A stretch of DNA of 63,968 bases, the filler included, from Cercozoa sp. M6MM (taxonomy: Eukaryota; Protista; Endomyxa: Ascetosporea): assembly GCA_040357565.1 (NCBI GenBank). It is 9 parts of 9 records of this genome, joined end to end, with 100 filler letters (N's around TTAATTAATTAA, not from the genome) between each part and the next. Parts side by side here need not be neighbours in the genome. Positions count along the whole stretch, not along the records: positions 10,259 to 24,258 come from JBDODJ010000342.1; positions 24,359 to 40,153 come from JBDODJ010000300.1; 7 more parts are not named here. One strand, written 5' to 3'. The translations under genes and the position numbers were made by a program. Of this stretch, positions 12,189 to 26,557 are shown piece by piece; positions within the stretch are counted from its first letter, which is position 1; the number at the start of each line of letters is the position of its first letter. Under the pieces are notes generated by a model, which saw only the letters and a program-made list of their open reading frames with translations, was not told the DNA's origin and did not search any database.

Positions 12189-12691
12189 TCTAGGACCATA
12201 CAACTCCCTTTTGGCGTTTTCCAAGACACCAAAGTAGACTTCATGGTTGGTACACGACGCGAGATACAGTAAATTGAGCGTGTTCGTTCGTTTATTTTGA
12301 TTCGAGGGAAATTGCCGTGCAGTTCACGTCCGTGTCATGCTTTAGCATGGAGCCGTGGATTAGTTACAGTAGGTAGTAACCTTGCGTGGCTGGCAGTAGC
12401 AGAGCTCTGGTGACCCACCCGACATTGTTGGCTGCTTTTCAACTCACTGAGGTCCAAAAAACCGATAACCACAGTCGTGTCAGTCAGTCTTGCAATACTA
12501 CTACTAGTTCTGTAGATACATATAGAGCAGCTGCACTGAAGGCGAACTGCCTGGTGAAGCTGTAGCCGCCCGGTGAAGCTGTAGCCGCTATGATACCCAC
12601 AGCGGCGGTTCTCAATCTACTCAACTTACAGTATGATCATGCCACTTTAGTTTTGTGCGGTCGGTGAATGCGCTGCAATTCGTGGCGATAG

Positions 12692-13887
12692 TTAGGTTCG
12701 TAGAACTGCGGGTAACACATTTCGAATTCTGGAAAGCCTGTTGCTTGCGCTGCCTCCATCTGCTCTCAGTCGACTCATTAAAAAGACACTCGTTTGAGAA
12801 AAACAGTAGAGAGCCGGACGTACAGCATAGAAGTGTTCAGGCACATCGAGTCGCAGCAAGGGCAGCTCCATGCTGTTCTCGTGCGAAAGCGCGGCTTGCC
12901 CGGCATTCGTTGCAGCCGCGCAGCGTTTGTTGAGTTCGCTGATTGGCACCTCCACGTGCTGAATTGTGAATTAAATTAACCAGACTAGTGCCAGCACAAT
13001 CAACAACTCTTTTGTTAAGTTACCTGGTGAAGAAAGCCGTGTCGCACAAGGTAGTCCTCCCAGCGGACGAGACGCAGAACCACGGGAGAGGCATCGCGTC
13101 GCATGAAGCACACGACAAGACAGAAGCCGAGAAGGCACACGAGATACCACATCGGATTGTGCACCGGCAGTGTGTCCCACTCGTCGCGCAGTGTCAGCTC
13201 CTTGCGCGATTCGCACATATCTGAGTGAATGCGCACAGGCCGATGACATGAAACACAGGGTATATAGCGGTGGTACGGAAGTGAAATGATCGGTTGAGTG
13301 GAATAGCCGAGTCCTCCAGCAGCAGGAACTGACCCGGACAGAAAGACAACTACAGCACAGGCAAGTTCGACACTGAAACTACAAAAGAGTCGTTGAGTAC
13401 GTTCAGGTTTCGCAGAACCGTATTGCTCGTGTTGCGACGTCGGAAGGTGTCGAAGTGGTTCTTGTTGGCCAATGGGACCAAAGTGACCTGCAATTCGGCC
13501 GTGTTTCCACCCATCACACTTCTTCAGACACAGTGAATTTACCTCTGGATTGCGGGGCTCGATGTGAGCACAGTGCATTGTGCAGTGCGTGAACGAAGTT
13601 TCCTGCAGTATTCAGAGTGCCACAAGATTAGACAGTCAGTTGGAGGCACTGATACGACGTCGGCGAGGAGGATTTGTAACGCGTGACACCGCCTCAGATC
13701 GAACAGTTCGTACGTCGGCGGAGAGTCACGGAGTCTGATACGAACTGCCGATGCCTACAGACAAGTGACTGCCTCACTAACCAATGAACTGTGTCCTATC
13801 ATACACTGCCGTTTCGCATGTTGTCGGCCTCGATGACTTGAACGATTTTGTGCGTGCCTCGGTCGTATGCGGGTACAATACCCGTAC

Positions 13888-13937
<50 letters not shown>

Positions 13938-13947
13938 NNNNNNNNNN

Positions 13948-14000
<53 letters not shown>

Positions 14001-16542
14001 CACACACACACACACATACACACACCACACACACACACGCACGCACACAATCCATGTTGAAAACTCAACTGACGGGCTTTAGTTGACTGTACCATTGATG
14101 TCAGTAACTGCAATCTTCGCTTTGTTGCCCAAGTTGTCGAAGCGGACCAGTGCACCTACAGATTGCAAGCTGAGTCGAACGTAAGGTTGGCCGGAAAGTA
14201 AAGCGCGGTACCATCAGGCAGAATGGAAACACCGTTGGCAGTGATGTTTGTCACCGTGGCGAGGTTTTCCAACAGACCAACCGACGCGTGCAAGACTCTT
14301 CCCACCGAACCGACATCGCTGTTGCAATCATACCTTTACTTTGATACAACAAAGAAGACAGAAAGTTAGAGCATACTCAAGCACGATGTTTGAAATGCGG
14401 AAGGGTGCAACGTGCTTGCCGTACATGTTGGCCTGTCGTGCAGTGTAATCTATTCTCACCACTGACAATAGTTCCGGCTCAACTAGTTTTGCCAACTAAA
14501 AATGCAATCACACAGGTACACGTACTGTACACTTACACATGATCGACCAAACAATGCACCTTGATGTCACTGCGTCGAAGAGTCAGATTGTCCACCAGGA
14601 CGCCAATATCTTTTGACCCAGAGGCGTACCTGTCTCGCAACAAATAAAGCGTAATTGGTTGAGGCATCCATGGTGTGTATTTAAAATATGTAGGATACAC
14701 AAAGTGCGAGTGCTGAGCCGTGCAGTCGGTGCAGGCGAGGTCGAACAATCTGACACCGCCGAAAGGGCAGTCGTAGTTGAGTAGAGGAGTGTGTCCTTTG
14801 CAGTTGGCGCACGTGACTCCATACGCTTCGCACAACCCGTTTCTGCCCAGGTTTGTTCGGAAAGCGATACATGAGACTGTATCGATAATACCGACCGCTG
14901 CGAGAGCTGACGCAACTGCCAATCGGCGAATGTGAACACGCCACATTGGACAGACTCAGAAGCGTCCGTAATCTGTCGTCCCTGTCAGAAAACTCATCCA
15001 CATTGCTTTTTCTGTCTTTCAAAAGAGGTGTTTAAGTACCAGTCCTTGTTGCCTCGCTGGTGTGCCCAGAACCGAACGGCTACTCCCGTATATTTGTCTG
15101 CAGTATCCATAGCATAATACCAGTACTAGTGAAGTAAACATGTGTGCGTGTGTAGGTACCGTACTGCCGTTGTCTTCGACAGTGCCAGCACACAATATTG
15201 TGTGCCGTGAGATTTACACGACGCCGTATGTCTTCTGCATCGACGTAGGCACTCAACTATTACGCCGTGCAATTAAACTGTTAGGTATGCACAGTACAAA
15301 CTCAAAGATACCAATGCACTCTCAGCTCCTTCGCCGTCAATGTAGTGACCTTCAAGCTGCAGCAGCAGAGACAACATTTGCCACAGAAGAGACAGCAGAC
15401 TTTCTTGGTCGGGTACCCCATTGACGTAGACTTTGTTGACATTGACCAAACGAACGCCAAAACCTTCGGCGACGCGAATGTTGTGCATGGCCATGTTCAT
15501 CATCTGCGTACAACACGCTGTCTCGAAACAGGCTGTCAGAGAAAGAGAACCAACTTTGATAGATGGAGAGTTTTCGAATCGAAACATGTCAGTTTGGAAT
15601 CTCTAAAGTGACAAGAGGATAGGTATGTGCAGACTGTCAACATGAAGACACGAAACAGGTACCGAATTGCGCACAAGGATATCGCTGAGTAGCATGATTC
15701 CTGCCGCAAAGGTTTCTTCCTATGCAAAGCAATAAGGACAGTCTGCAACTATTTTGCTTCAACTGAAAGGTACGAAAGCACTGCCGGCATTGGCGCCAAA
15801 GATTTCAACATTTTTCATTGTGATGTCTGTATTTTTGACATGCCCAGTCAGTCCTAATTTCGTATTTGTGTGTGTCATGAAAAGAGAGCAGGTACAGGCA
15901 CCCGACTTGAAAGACAGCACGGAACGCGAGCAGGTGGCACCCTTGACCACAATGTTGATGAAGCGCAGTCGGTCACCTGGCAGTTGCACCATGTGTTTGG
16001 GCTGCGGTACAGCCTCAGGACACGCATTCGACCCGTACTCTGCCGGATACTGAGTGTCAGTACATCATTTTTAGTCCACACGAACGGAAAGTACCAAACA
16101 CGATATTTGTGACGCTAACAAAGCTGTAGAGCCGTTCTTCTTTCACTCCGAAAGTGACACACTGCAGAACGGCCGGTCCTACAGACAGTACCTCCGGGTT
16201 GGCATATATGCGGGTGTACGGCCTTGTACCATCCGGCTTGTGAGGAAGGATGTGCAGTCGCATGTACTGACCAGTGCCCGGCATGACGCCCACGTGATCC
16301 CAGTGCGCACCGCCACGGAGCGAGGTCTCCATCACTCGCACCGTCACATCCGATAACTCCTTTGCATGGGTGACACGGTCCGACTCAAGGGCAGCTGTCA
16401 TCGAAGCACACGGTGTCGTTTCACTAGCGCCACAATTGGGGCCATTGTGCGCACCCAGCTGCGACGGACCGTAGTACACGGTCGTCGCAGCCCGCACCGC
16501 GGTGATCGCAAGAACGATCACGATTGTGACCAGTCTGATCAT
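12692..16542 (-). CDS. Large secreted/type-I membrane surface protein (signal peptide, Cys-rich segments), multi-exon; possibly more than one gene
   Basis: Signal peptide MIRLVTIVIVLAITAVRA followed by GPNCGASETTPCASMTAAL (the CG..PC.S..AL motif seen at the start of many protist surface proteins). A hydrophobic stretch MWYLVCLLGFCLVVCFM lies near the 3' end. 3' boundary approximate. Confidence 0.5.
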
Positions 16543-16746
16543 TTTCGAGGTTTGGCACCGCTCAGCCTACAGGCGTACGCCTGCGTGTTAATGCAACTGG
16601 GAAAAGTTTCTCGTCTGCCCTGATCGGCTAATCTGGCAGTGTGCAAGCTTTTGAGCCTTGCCGGCTCTGGGCTCAGTCCTGAGCCACAGGAAAAGCTCTG
16701 CATCGCACGCTGTGCTTGTCTGCGCGAATGTGCAATGAGTCAAATC

Positions 16747-17527
16747 ATGCCGGTTAAGGGATTCTGCACGCCTGTCACGAAGGATAATTGCATGTTGTTT
16801 CAATAATGTGCTCGGACCGATATTTTAATCACCTTGTGCAGGGCGCGCGGGTCGATTCCTTTGTCCCGACGTGGACGATGACGTACTTTTGCACAAGCAC
16901 GCAGCCAACCTGTTCGGTAACTTGAGTATTGTAGTTTTCTGTCTTGTTTTGATCACATCTCTCTGTAGTGACGGTAAGAAAAAAAAACGACTGGAGGGGA
17001 ACTCGTGTGTATGAGTGGGGTTGACTGACACTTGGAGGTTTCACACAGCACTGCGACGTGGCAGTCGGTGCCGTATTCTGCGACAAGAGTGACTCGGCGC
17101 AGGCAGAGGTCAGCTTGAGGGCGCTCGGCATGCTGCCCATCGTGCAGGGCCGCGGCTTGGAGCAGAAGCTGCTGGAGAAGTGTCTGCACCGACTGCGCGA
17201 CGATGGCGCCAAATCTGTCGTACCTCTTCTCTTTCCGGCACTCTTTGTCGAGTCTGTGTATTTTTGAAACTAAGATCATCGATGTCGAGACTGCCAGTGT
17301 CACTGAGGTAAAGTCGATCGGCTCTTCCCACAGATACACGGTATGCGGCATGTCCTGCAGAGCTTCCGCGCGAACGATTTCGCCGTACTCCGCGAAGTCG
17401 GTTTCGAACGCAAGGACGATTCGAGGTGTGTTTTCTGCTCTTGGTGGGTGTGGGCTTTGATGACATTGACCTGTTTGCGTTTCGTGTCAGTGTGTTCGCG
17501 TGCAACACTCGTCCGCGCCGGAACTGA
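16747..17527 (+). CDS. GNAT acetyltransferase, NAA50/San-like, multi-exon
   Basis: TPVTKDN..NLFVTHCDVAVGAVFCD..LRALGMLPIVQGRGLEQKLLEKCL parallels NAA50 DVTPHN..YFNDIAVGAVCCR..IMTLGCLAPYRRLGIGTKML. Stop is TGA at 17525-17527. Confidence 0.65.
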
Positions 17528-17784
17528 ACTAGAACTTTCAGTTGACTGCCTACGTAGTAGTCCCTACTAAGAAACCAACTCTTGTTTCCTGGGGTGGATC
17601 AATGAAAGCGCACGGCCCCGCATAGGGCGGAGCATCCAACTCCGCTTTCGAAGATTCCTTGGACCATCTCCAAGGCGGGAACGGACTCACGGAGTATGAA
17701 TCGAATTCTACTTTCCCTAACTTGACCGAAACAACGCTATGGAACTATTGTCGCGTGACCCACCCCAGACAGCCGCAAGGGAAA

Positions 17785-17950
17785 CTACTGAGTTGGTTTC
17801 GTCTCAGACTCAACTAGCCCCAACTGACGGCTCGGGCTCCGACGCGACGGGGCGTTCGAACGTGCGGCGCGCCAGAGCCAGTGCATCGCGCCGAGTGCCC
17901 GGATCGGTCTGCAAAACAACACTGGCAATGAGGCAGACAACACAGAGGCG

Positions 17951-17986
<36 letters not shown>

Positions 17987-20262
17987 GAGAGAGAGGGAGG
18001 CACCAACAACCGCAGCTGCGACATGAGCTCGCGGACAGTGGAGTCACCGTCAGTGGAGTCACCGTCAGTGATCTCTCCACCACTGGTGCGATCGAAGGTG
18101 TGCACGAGTGTCATCAGCGTCGATGACTCGCGCTGCAACGCTTCTTCGGCGCGCTGTAGCACGTCGTGCATGTCCTCGTTCACGTGGTCACCAGTCACGG
18201 GGTCAGTCACGGGGTCACCAGTCACGGGGTCACCAGTCACGTGGTCAATCTGACCGTTCGGGCAGCGTTTTTCGCTCACGAGTCGTCGCAGCGACTGCGC
18301 AATGTCGGCGACGGCATTGCAGCGCGTCACACTGGCCTCCAGCGGCGACATGCCCGTCTCCACTGCACACATATCCCGTCCATTCAGACCATACATTCTG
18401 CCCACCTGGACTATATTCCGTCCATCTGGACCACCAAAATTGGCGAGTACCGGGCGGCGAGTCGAGTGCCTGCAGCAGGAGAGTCGTGGCAGCCCGATCG
18501 ATCTGCCGGGCAGAGTTATCGATTGCTTGATCGGCCACGTGGTCAGTCATGTGGTCACCCTGGCGATCACTGAGTCGACGCAACCGTCGCACATAGGCAC
18601 CGGCGGTGTTGTAAACCACGAGCGCACGTGTCAGGTGGCAGTGCTGTGCTTGCGACACGGCAGCCGATGTGAGAGTTTCGCACACGCTTGCCAACACTCG
18701 GCACTGCACACGAGGAAGGTACAGAGGGGGCATCGATGGGACTAAGGTTGGTGCACAGGTAACGCGTGGTAGTGCTCGCAACTCTGCGCCAGTAGCGACA
18801 GTTTCGCCGCCAGGGAACAGGCTTGGTCTGCTTGACGAAAACCAGTTTTATTCGAATCACACGTATCATGGTACAGGTGAGGTACCGTTAGAGACACGCG
18901 AAACCACATGCTCCAAGTCGGGCACAACTGCGGCTGCCACCTTGTCCAGTACTATGCAGAGAAGAGGGATACAGACAGCACATCAGAGAGGATATCAGAG
19001 GGGGAGGGGAGGGTAAAGCTACGGGCATTCTCATCCAGTGCACGCAGGAAGTGCGATTCCTGCAACAGCAGCGACGACAGGGTTCGCAGCGCACGCGACA
19101 ACTCGCCTTCTGCATCGCCCATCTGTACGAACGAAAAGGCTTACTTGCACATGCAAGTTCGCAGAAACAACCTACAGCAGCAGGGCACTGTCGACGGAAG
19201 TTTTGCGCGAGTCGATCTTTGCGGTGTTGGAGAGTCTTCTCACTGCACAAAACTCGCTCATTCATTCTGACTCACAGAACTAAATTAACACTGAATGGCT
19301 ACATGGCATCAGAGTAGTGCGACGGAGAGTGCTTCAGCAGCACAAGTGCTTGCAGTAGCTGCTCGTCCTTCGTACTCCTTTCTACAAGACGCAATCTTCA
19401 ATTTCACCAATGCAAAACTAACGTACCAAGCACGTCGAGTAACTGTCCACACACGCGTTCGCTGAGTTTTTTGAACCTAAGAGCACAACGGAACTAAAAC
19501 AAACGACAAAGAGGGCCAAAGTAGCGTACTTTTCGAACTGCTGGACGAAAACCGTCTTTGAAACACCGAGATTTTCAATTTCGTCGCTTTTCGCAATCAT
19601 TTCACCAAGCTTTGCTTTCCTTTTGAACAGTTCTGCACACGTTTGTGTTTCAAGCAGACCAAGTCGCAGAACCGAAAATGATACCTTGGACAGCACGCAC
19701 GTGCAGACTCAGAATCGCCTTTTCATCGACATCTGAGATTGTGAATTCTTTCTGCAGCCAGTTTGGGACGGTAAAAGGAAAAGACACGAGGAATCAATGA
19801 CAATACGCGAATTTGGCGCAGTTTTTGTTGCTTTGAACGCAGCAGCGATTGCTTCTCTTCGCCTGCAAGAAACCCGAAACTATGAACAAATCAAAGCAAA
19901 AAGCAATCAGAAAGTACAATCTCGTTCGCGTTGCAACAACTCTGCCGTAGCATCCGCAGCCTCCTGCAACTGCGTGCGTAGAGCTTCGCATCGTTTTCGA
20001 GCAGACGCAAGATTTTCCGCCTTCCGCGCGGATGCACGTGTGTGTCGAAGTAGCGCATTTATAAACGCTTCATTGGCGTCTAAGCGACGCTGACGACACT
20101 TTTGCTCAATTGCTTCCTCATCAAAGTCACCTAAGAAAGATAGCACTGCCAAACTGAATCAGGGAAGAGCGATAGGCGTGCTGTACCTTGTATGTTGAGA
20201 TCCTCGATGGCTTGCCAGATCTCACCGTCAACGGCAGCAAGAAACTCTGCCTGCGCCGCCAT
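17785..20262 (-). CDS. Hypothetical multi-exon helical protein with VTGDP repeats (one or two genes)
   Basis: ATG near 20262 (MAAQAEFLAAVDGEIWQ), coiled-coil exons, and the long ORF 17785-18405. No family recognised. Confidence 0.4.
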
Positions 20263-20608
20263 CGCTACCGAAAATTATCTCAAACTGGTAAGAACACATA
20301 CATGCATACAGTAGCCGACTTTAGAAGCGAATACACGTTGACAAATCTTAACTTTTATGACAAAATCGGCGTTCTATTTGTCCAAAGACGGGCACGAGCC
20401 AAGCCGACGCAATTTACTCACGGTGCGCAAGCTTCGCACACGTTTGCTTGGCACCAAAGTCAGGGTACATGCCTATACTTTCGAGTGAACGCTCGCACCT
20501 ACATTCAGAGCTGCACTAGCTTATTAGTTTTTTGATTGGGTGTTTGGCAACTCTGAGAAAGACGCATTGCACGCATGTGTGATCATTCACAGAACGAGCA
20601 CTCGGAGA

Positions 20609-22346
<1,738 letters not shown>

Positions 22347-22795
22347 GTTCTATAGTCGTTGCCTAGTCGAGTGTTTTCCGTTCGCTTCTTATCGCCTCCC
22401 AATATCGCCGCTCGACCGACGACCGACGCCGCAACGAAAAAACGCTGAGCCGTTGTGAAAGCCTGAGAGCTCTTTGATATCTTACTCACTTTACTTGTGT
22501 GTATTCGCTGCGCTGCAAGTCCTCGTGCTGCAATGTGGAAAAGTGGTCTGGTTTGCACCATCTGGTGGTTGGCACGTGTCAGTGGCCAAACTCCGAATGT
22601 GTCCGGCAAAAGCCGAAACCCACTCCTTCGCAATAACGTTACTGCGTCGCCGATACCTGAGTCTCGCGTTAAAAGAAACTTAGATTCGTTGCCCTGCCGC
22701 AGTCAGGCTTCTCTTTACTCGGTTTAAAAGTAGCCCTGGATTCATCAGTTTGGTTTTGTTGTTCGTCAGTATGCGCATCTGATAGAACAGCAACG

Positions 22796-24179
22796 ATGAC
22801 AACACGGCGTCGTCGTTTCACCGATGATAGCGTCGTCTCGAGTCAGGCCGGCAGAATCGATCTGCCCGTGCCGCTAGAGGTGCTCTTTGAACGAAAAATA
22901 CGTTTCAATTTTAAGTGAAACTGTGACCAGACCACAAAGACTCAACTTCCTGTGACTAAAGAGGACTTGGGACACAAGAAACTGAGCGTAGGTTGTTTAT
23001 ATATAATTCTCTCGTTCTTGGCGAACATGATGTAAACTACAGACATTGGAATGCTTGGGCCGCATAAACCTCGCCGCTTGGGCAGTGATTCTTTGTGTGG
23101 TACAGTAGATCAGTTGTATCTTACTTGTTCCATTAGTCACCTTGAAACAACACCTGAATTGTCCATGTGTGCTGTACTGTGGGTCTTAGCTGCTGGAGCG
23201 CGGGTCCTGGTACGGCATTCGACTCACAATGATAGAGTTCATGACAACGCAAATGGGCCAGTCACCTAACGTGGCTACCATCTACTACCAAATCAGCGTA
23301 CACAAAATTCTATCAATTTACTAAACTGAATCCAGAAATTTATGAAACTGAACCCAATGAGCGGTTTTTCTTTTACAGAACTTTTTGTGTTACTTCATCA
23401 CTCCCGTTGGCGCCTTCCTTGTAAACAATACATTGCTACATAGTTTGCAGGTTGTTTCTGAGTGCAGTGTATTGTTGTTCCTGAGCAGACCGACTCGTAC
23501 CTTGGTGTGAAGAAGAGCTTTGTAATCGCCTTCATTCCGTGGGTGCTGGGAGCCGCCTTGATTCCTCTGACGGCATACAGCGTACCCTCAGCTTTCTTAT
23601 TGAGGGGCACTGTGCGGTCAAAGAATGCAATTGTGCAAAACACTGCATCTGTGCAGGAGAACCCGATTCTCTTCTGTCTGGCGAGCTGTCTCTTTGCCGC
23701 CGGAAGTGGACTCATGAAGTCCTCGCAGGCCGTGCTGGGTGCGCGCCAGTTGGACGAGAATGAACCCGAGGAGGTCCGTGCCATGTACTTTCGCTTCTTC
23801 TACGGCTCCGTGCAAGTCGGTTCGATCGTGACGTCCATCGTTATTCCCATGCTGGGCAACGCTACCGGCTGGCCCATCGCCTACACGGTGTAAGTCAGTG
23901 TGGTTGTTCCGATATGTTCAGTATGTGGATTTGTCTTGAAGGATCGGCGTTATCGTGGTCATCTCCACTGTCGTCTTTATGGTACATGTTTCTCCTTCTC
24001 CAAGAAGAGTATAATATGTTTGTATCTCAATGACAGTGCATGTGGAAATCGCTGCGCGACAAGCCAGCTTGTGGCAGCTTTGTTCTCATTGAGGTATCTA
24101 GACCCTGCTGTGCTTGTTCACCAAACGTTGTCTTTTGGAGTGCAGCTGTACAAGGCCTACAAGAACCGTCCTGCAGAAG
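22796..24179 (+). CDS. Proton-dependent oligopeptide transporter (POT/PTR2 family), truncated at contig end
   Basis: LLERGSWYGIR (ExxER motif), CYFITPVGAFLTDSYLG, AAGSGLMKSSQAVLGARQLD, YFRFFYGSVQVGS and GWPIAY. Start codon inferred. Confidence 0.88.
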
Positions 24180-24198
24180 GTAGAAAACTACAAATACC

Positions 24199-24258
<60 letters not shown>

Positions 24259-24358
24259 NNNNNNNNNNNNNNNNNNNNNNNNNNNNNNNNNNNNNNNNNN
24301 NNTTAATTAATTAANNNNNNNNNNNNNNNNNNNNNNNNNNNNNNNNNNNNNNNNNNNN

Positions 24359-24404
24359 GTTGTTGGGTTGCTTCCGCGCGGATACAGTGGTTTATGCTGT
24401 AACA
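24359..24404 (-). mobile_element. 5' end (46 bp) of another subfamily-A LTR at a contig edge
   Basis: Exact reverse complement of 55764-55809 and 60751-60796, followed by unique flank TTAGGG. Confidence 0.9.
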
Positions 24405-24564
24405 TTAGGGCCCCAGGACCTGTTGTGCGATAAATAAAACACGAAAACTTAGACAAAACTGAGCGAAAAAGCGTCAACATTCAGTTCAGTTGCAATTTGC
24501 GATTGCAAAAACTCCCAAGTTCCTTGTGTGTACTGTCAGTCAGTCAGTCAGAGCGAGCTCAAGT

Positions 24565-26204
24565 CTACTTGCGGTGGCCGCGGCGCTTCTTGTGGCCGCC
24601 AGCCTGCTTGAGGATCGACATCTGCTGCTGCCAGACCTGCTCCTCCTCGTCGCCGGCGAGTGCCTTGGCCGTCGGGTGCGTCTCGTTGATCTTGAAGTCG
24701 TCGTTCGCGTTGATCAGCTCAGCCAGTGCCGAAGCCGTCTTCTGTCAAACCAGGGAATGCAATCAGACTAACCCGAAACAATGTACAGAACAGAGACATA
24801 CCTTCTGAGTGCCCTGCAGCAGACGCACGAGCGAAGAAACCTTGCCGTCCTTCTGTTGAGAGAAGGGATATATTTTCACTGCACATCTAGGATTGTCCGA
24901 AGGAACGGGCTACCTCCTCAACCGAGGCGAAAACAACGTCGGCGTGCTCGCCCAGCGCATCACGCACCTGTCAACACCAACAGTGAGGGCCTGTGGGGAG
25001 GGGGCGGGGGTTAAGAGGGGGAAACATACCTGACGGAAGGTGGTGCCCGCGGCCAGACCCTCAAGCGTCAGCAGTCGGTCGCGCACCAGAGCGTCGCGAG
25101 CGTTCTTCTTGCCGTCCTTCTTGCCGTGCGCCTCCTTCTCCTGTTGCATCAGAGGAGGGGTACAGAATAGAACTAGGGAAGTACACTTTAGCTACCTGGG
25201 CAGCGTGCTCGGGTCGCGACATCAGGTGCATGAAACCCTCCTGAGACACAGGCAAATACATATATATATATATATACCGATACATATATATATATATATA
25301 TATATATAGATATATCAGGTTACCTCAGTGAGAAAAGCCTTAGTCTCCTCGTCCTCCCAGACGAGCTGCATCTTCTTGACCTCCTCGACCACCTCGGGCG
25401 ACTCGAACTCTACGAACACTGACGGCTTGCGCTTACGGGCGCCCGACTGCTGCACACACACATACAGCCATATGGCTAGACGGGTAAGGAGTAAGAGCAA
25501 GGTTACCTTATCGACGAAGGTACGCGTGCGCACCGAGAGCACAGACTTGCCGCACTTGTCCTCGAAGAAAGCCTTGATCTCCTCCATCGTCGACGTCAGC
25601 GGCACCGGCTTGGCGAACCTGTCACCCTCAGAGAGTAACACAGTGGGCTACGGGCAGAGGCAAAAGCTACAGCATGCGAGCGAAGAGAGCCTTGCGCGCC
25701 TCGGCCATGTTGGCGATGGCCTGCTTGCGACGCACCTTGGTACCGTCCTCGGACACCTCGAGAAGCTTGGCCGACTGACGCAGCGCGTTGGCCACCTCCT
25801 CGGCGTCCTCACTCAGAGCCTTGACCTGTTCAAAGACAGACCTCTTAGACAGCACCAATACTAACCCCCGACAGACCATACACTCACCTTGTTGAAGCGC
25901 AGAAAATGAGCAATGTCAAGCCAGCCCTCCTCGCTCTCCTTCAGCAGCTCCTGCAGGTGACTACACACACACCAACAGTTCTCACACCCGCAATACTCAG
26001 CGCGGAAAGCTTTACCGGTCCGTGGGCAGGTTGCTGTCGCCCAGGTAGAACTCAATCTGCTTGAGAATCTCGGCGGCAGTGTCAGCCGTCTCGTTGCTGA
26101 AATGATAAACATCAGTTGACGCTCGCTTCGGTCACATGAAAAATAAGATTGGCAAATTGAAAAACAACTCACCGCGAACGCTTGCCAAGCACAGTATCCG
26201 TCAT
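24565..26204 (-). CDS. SSB: La autoantigen-like RNA-binding protein (La motif + RRM), multi-exon
   Basis: ILKQIEFYLGDSNLPTD, GWLDIAHFLRFNKVKAL and LLEVSEDGTKVRR (La motif); RRM SVFVEFES; basic C-terminus; stop TAG at 24565. Confidence 0.92.
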
Positions 26205-26557
26205 TTTCGTGTTTTCTGCGCAGCAGACGACATGTGTTAGTCTCGAAAGCCCACGAGACCCACAGGAGCACAAGAAATCAGAAAATTCTGTCGTCGCTAC
26301 CGTATTACGTCCGGGCAAACCAAGCCTCTCTTAGGACTGTGTACACGTGCGAGGACGGTGGCGCAGTCTCGTTCGAGGCAAGCTAAGTTCAGAGCCCATG
26401 CGATGTTTGAGCCAGCAGATCTCAAATCTTCTCAAGCGAGCTCGTGGTTTGCGCTGCCTTAGATCGCACTGTGAGCTTTTATAGATCACGTTTGTTAGGT
26501 TAGGTGCCTCGCCTCACTCCCTAGACGTTGAGAATAAAACTGGCTATCATATCATCG

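Noticed and set aside
13755-14155. His/Thr- or Cys/Val-rich ORFs (HTHTHT, CVCVCV)
   Set aside because: Translations of intronic (CA)n microsatellites.
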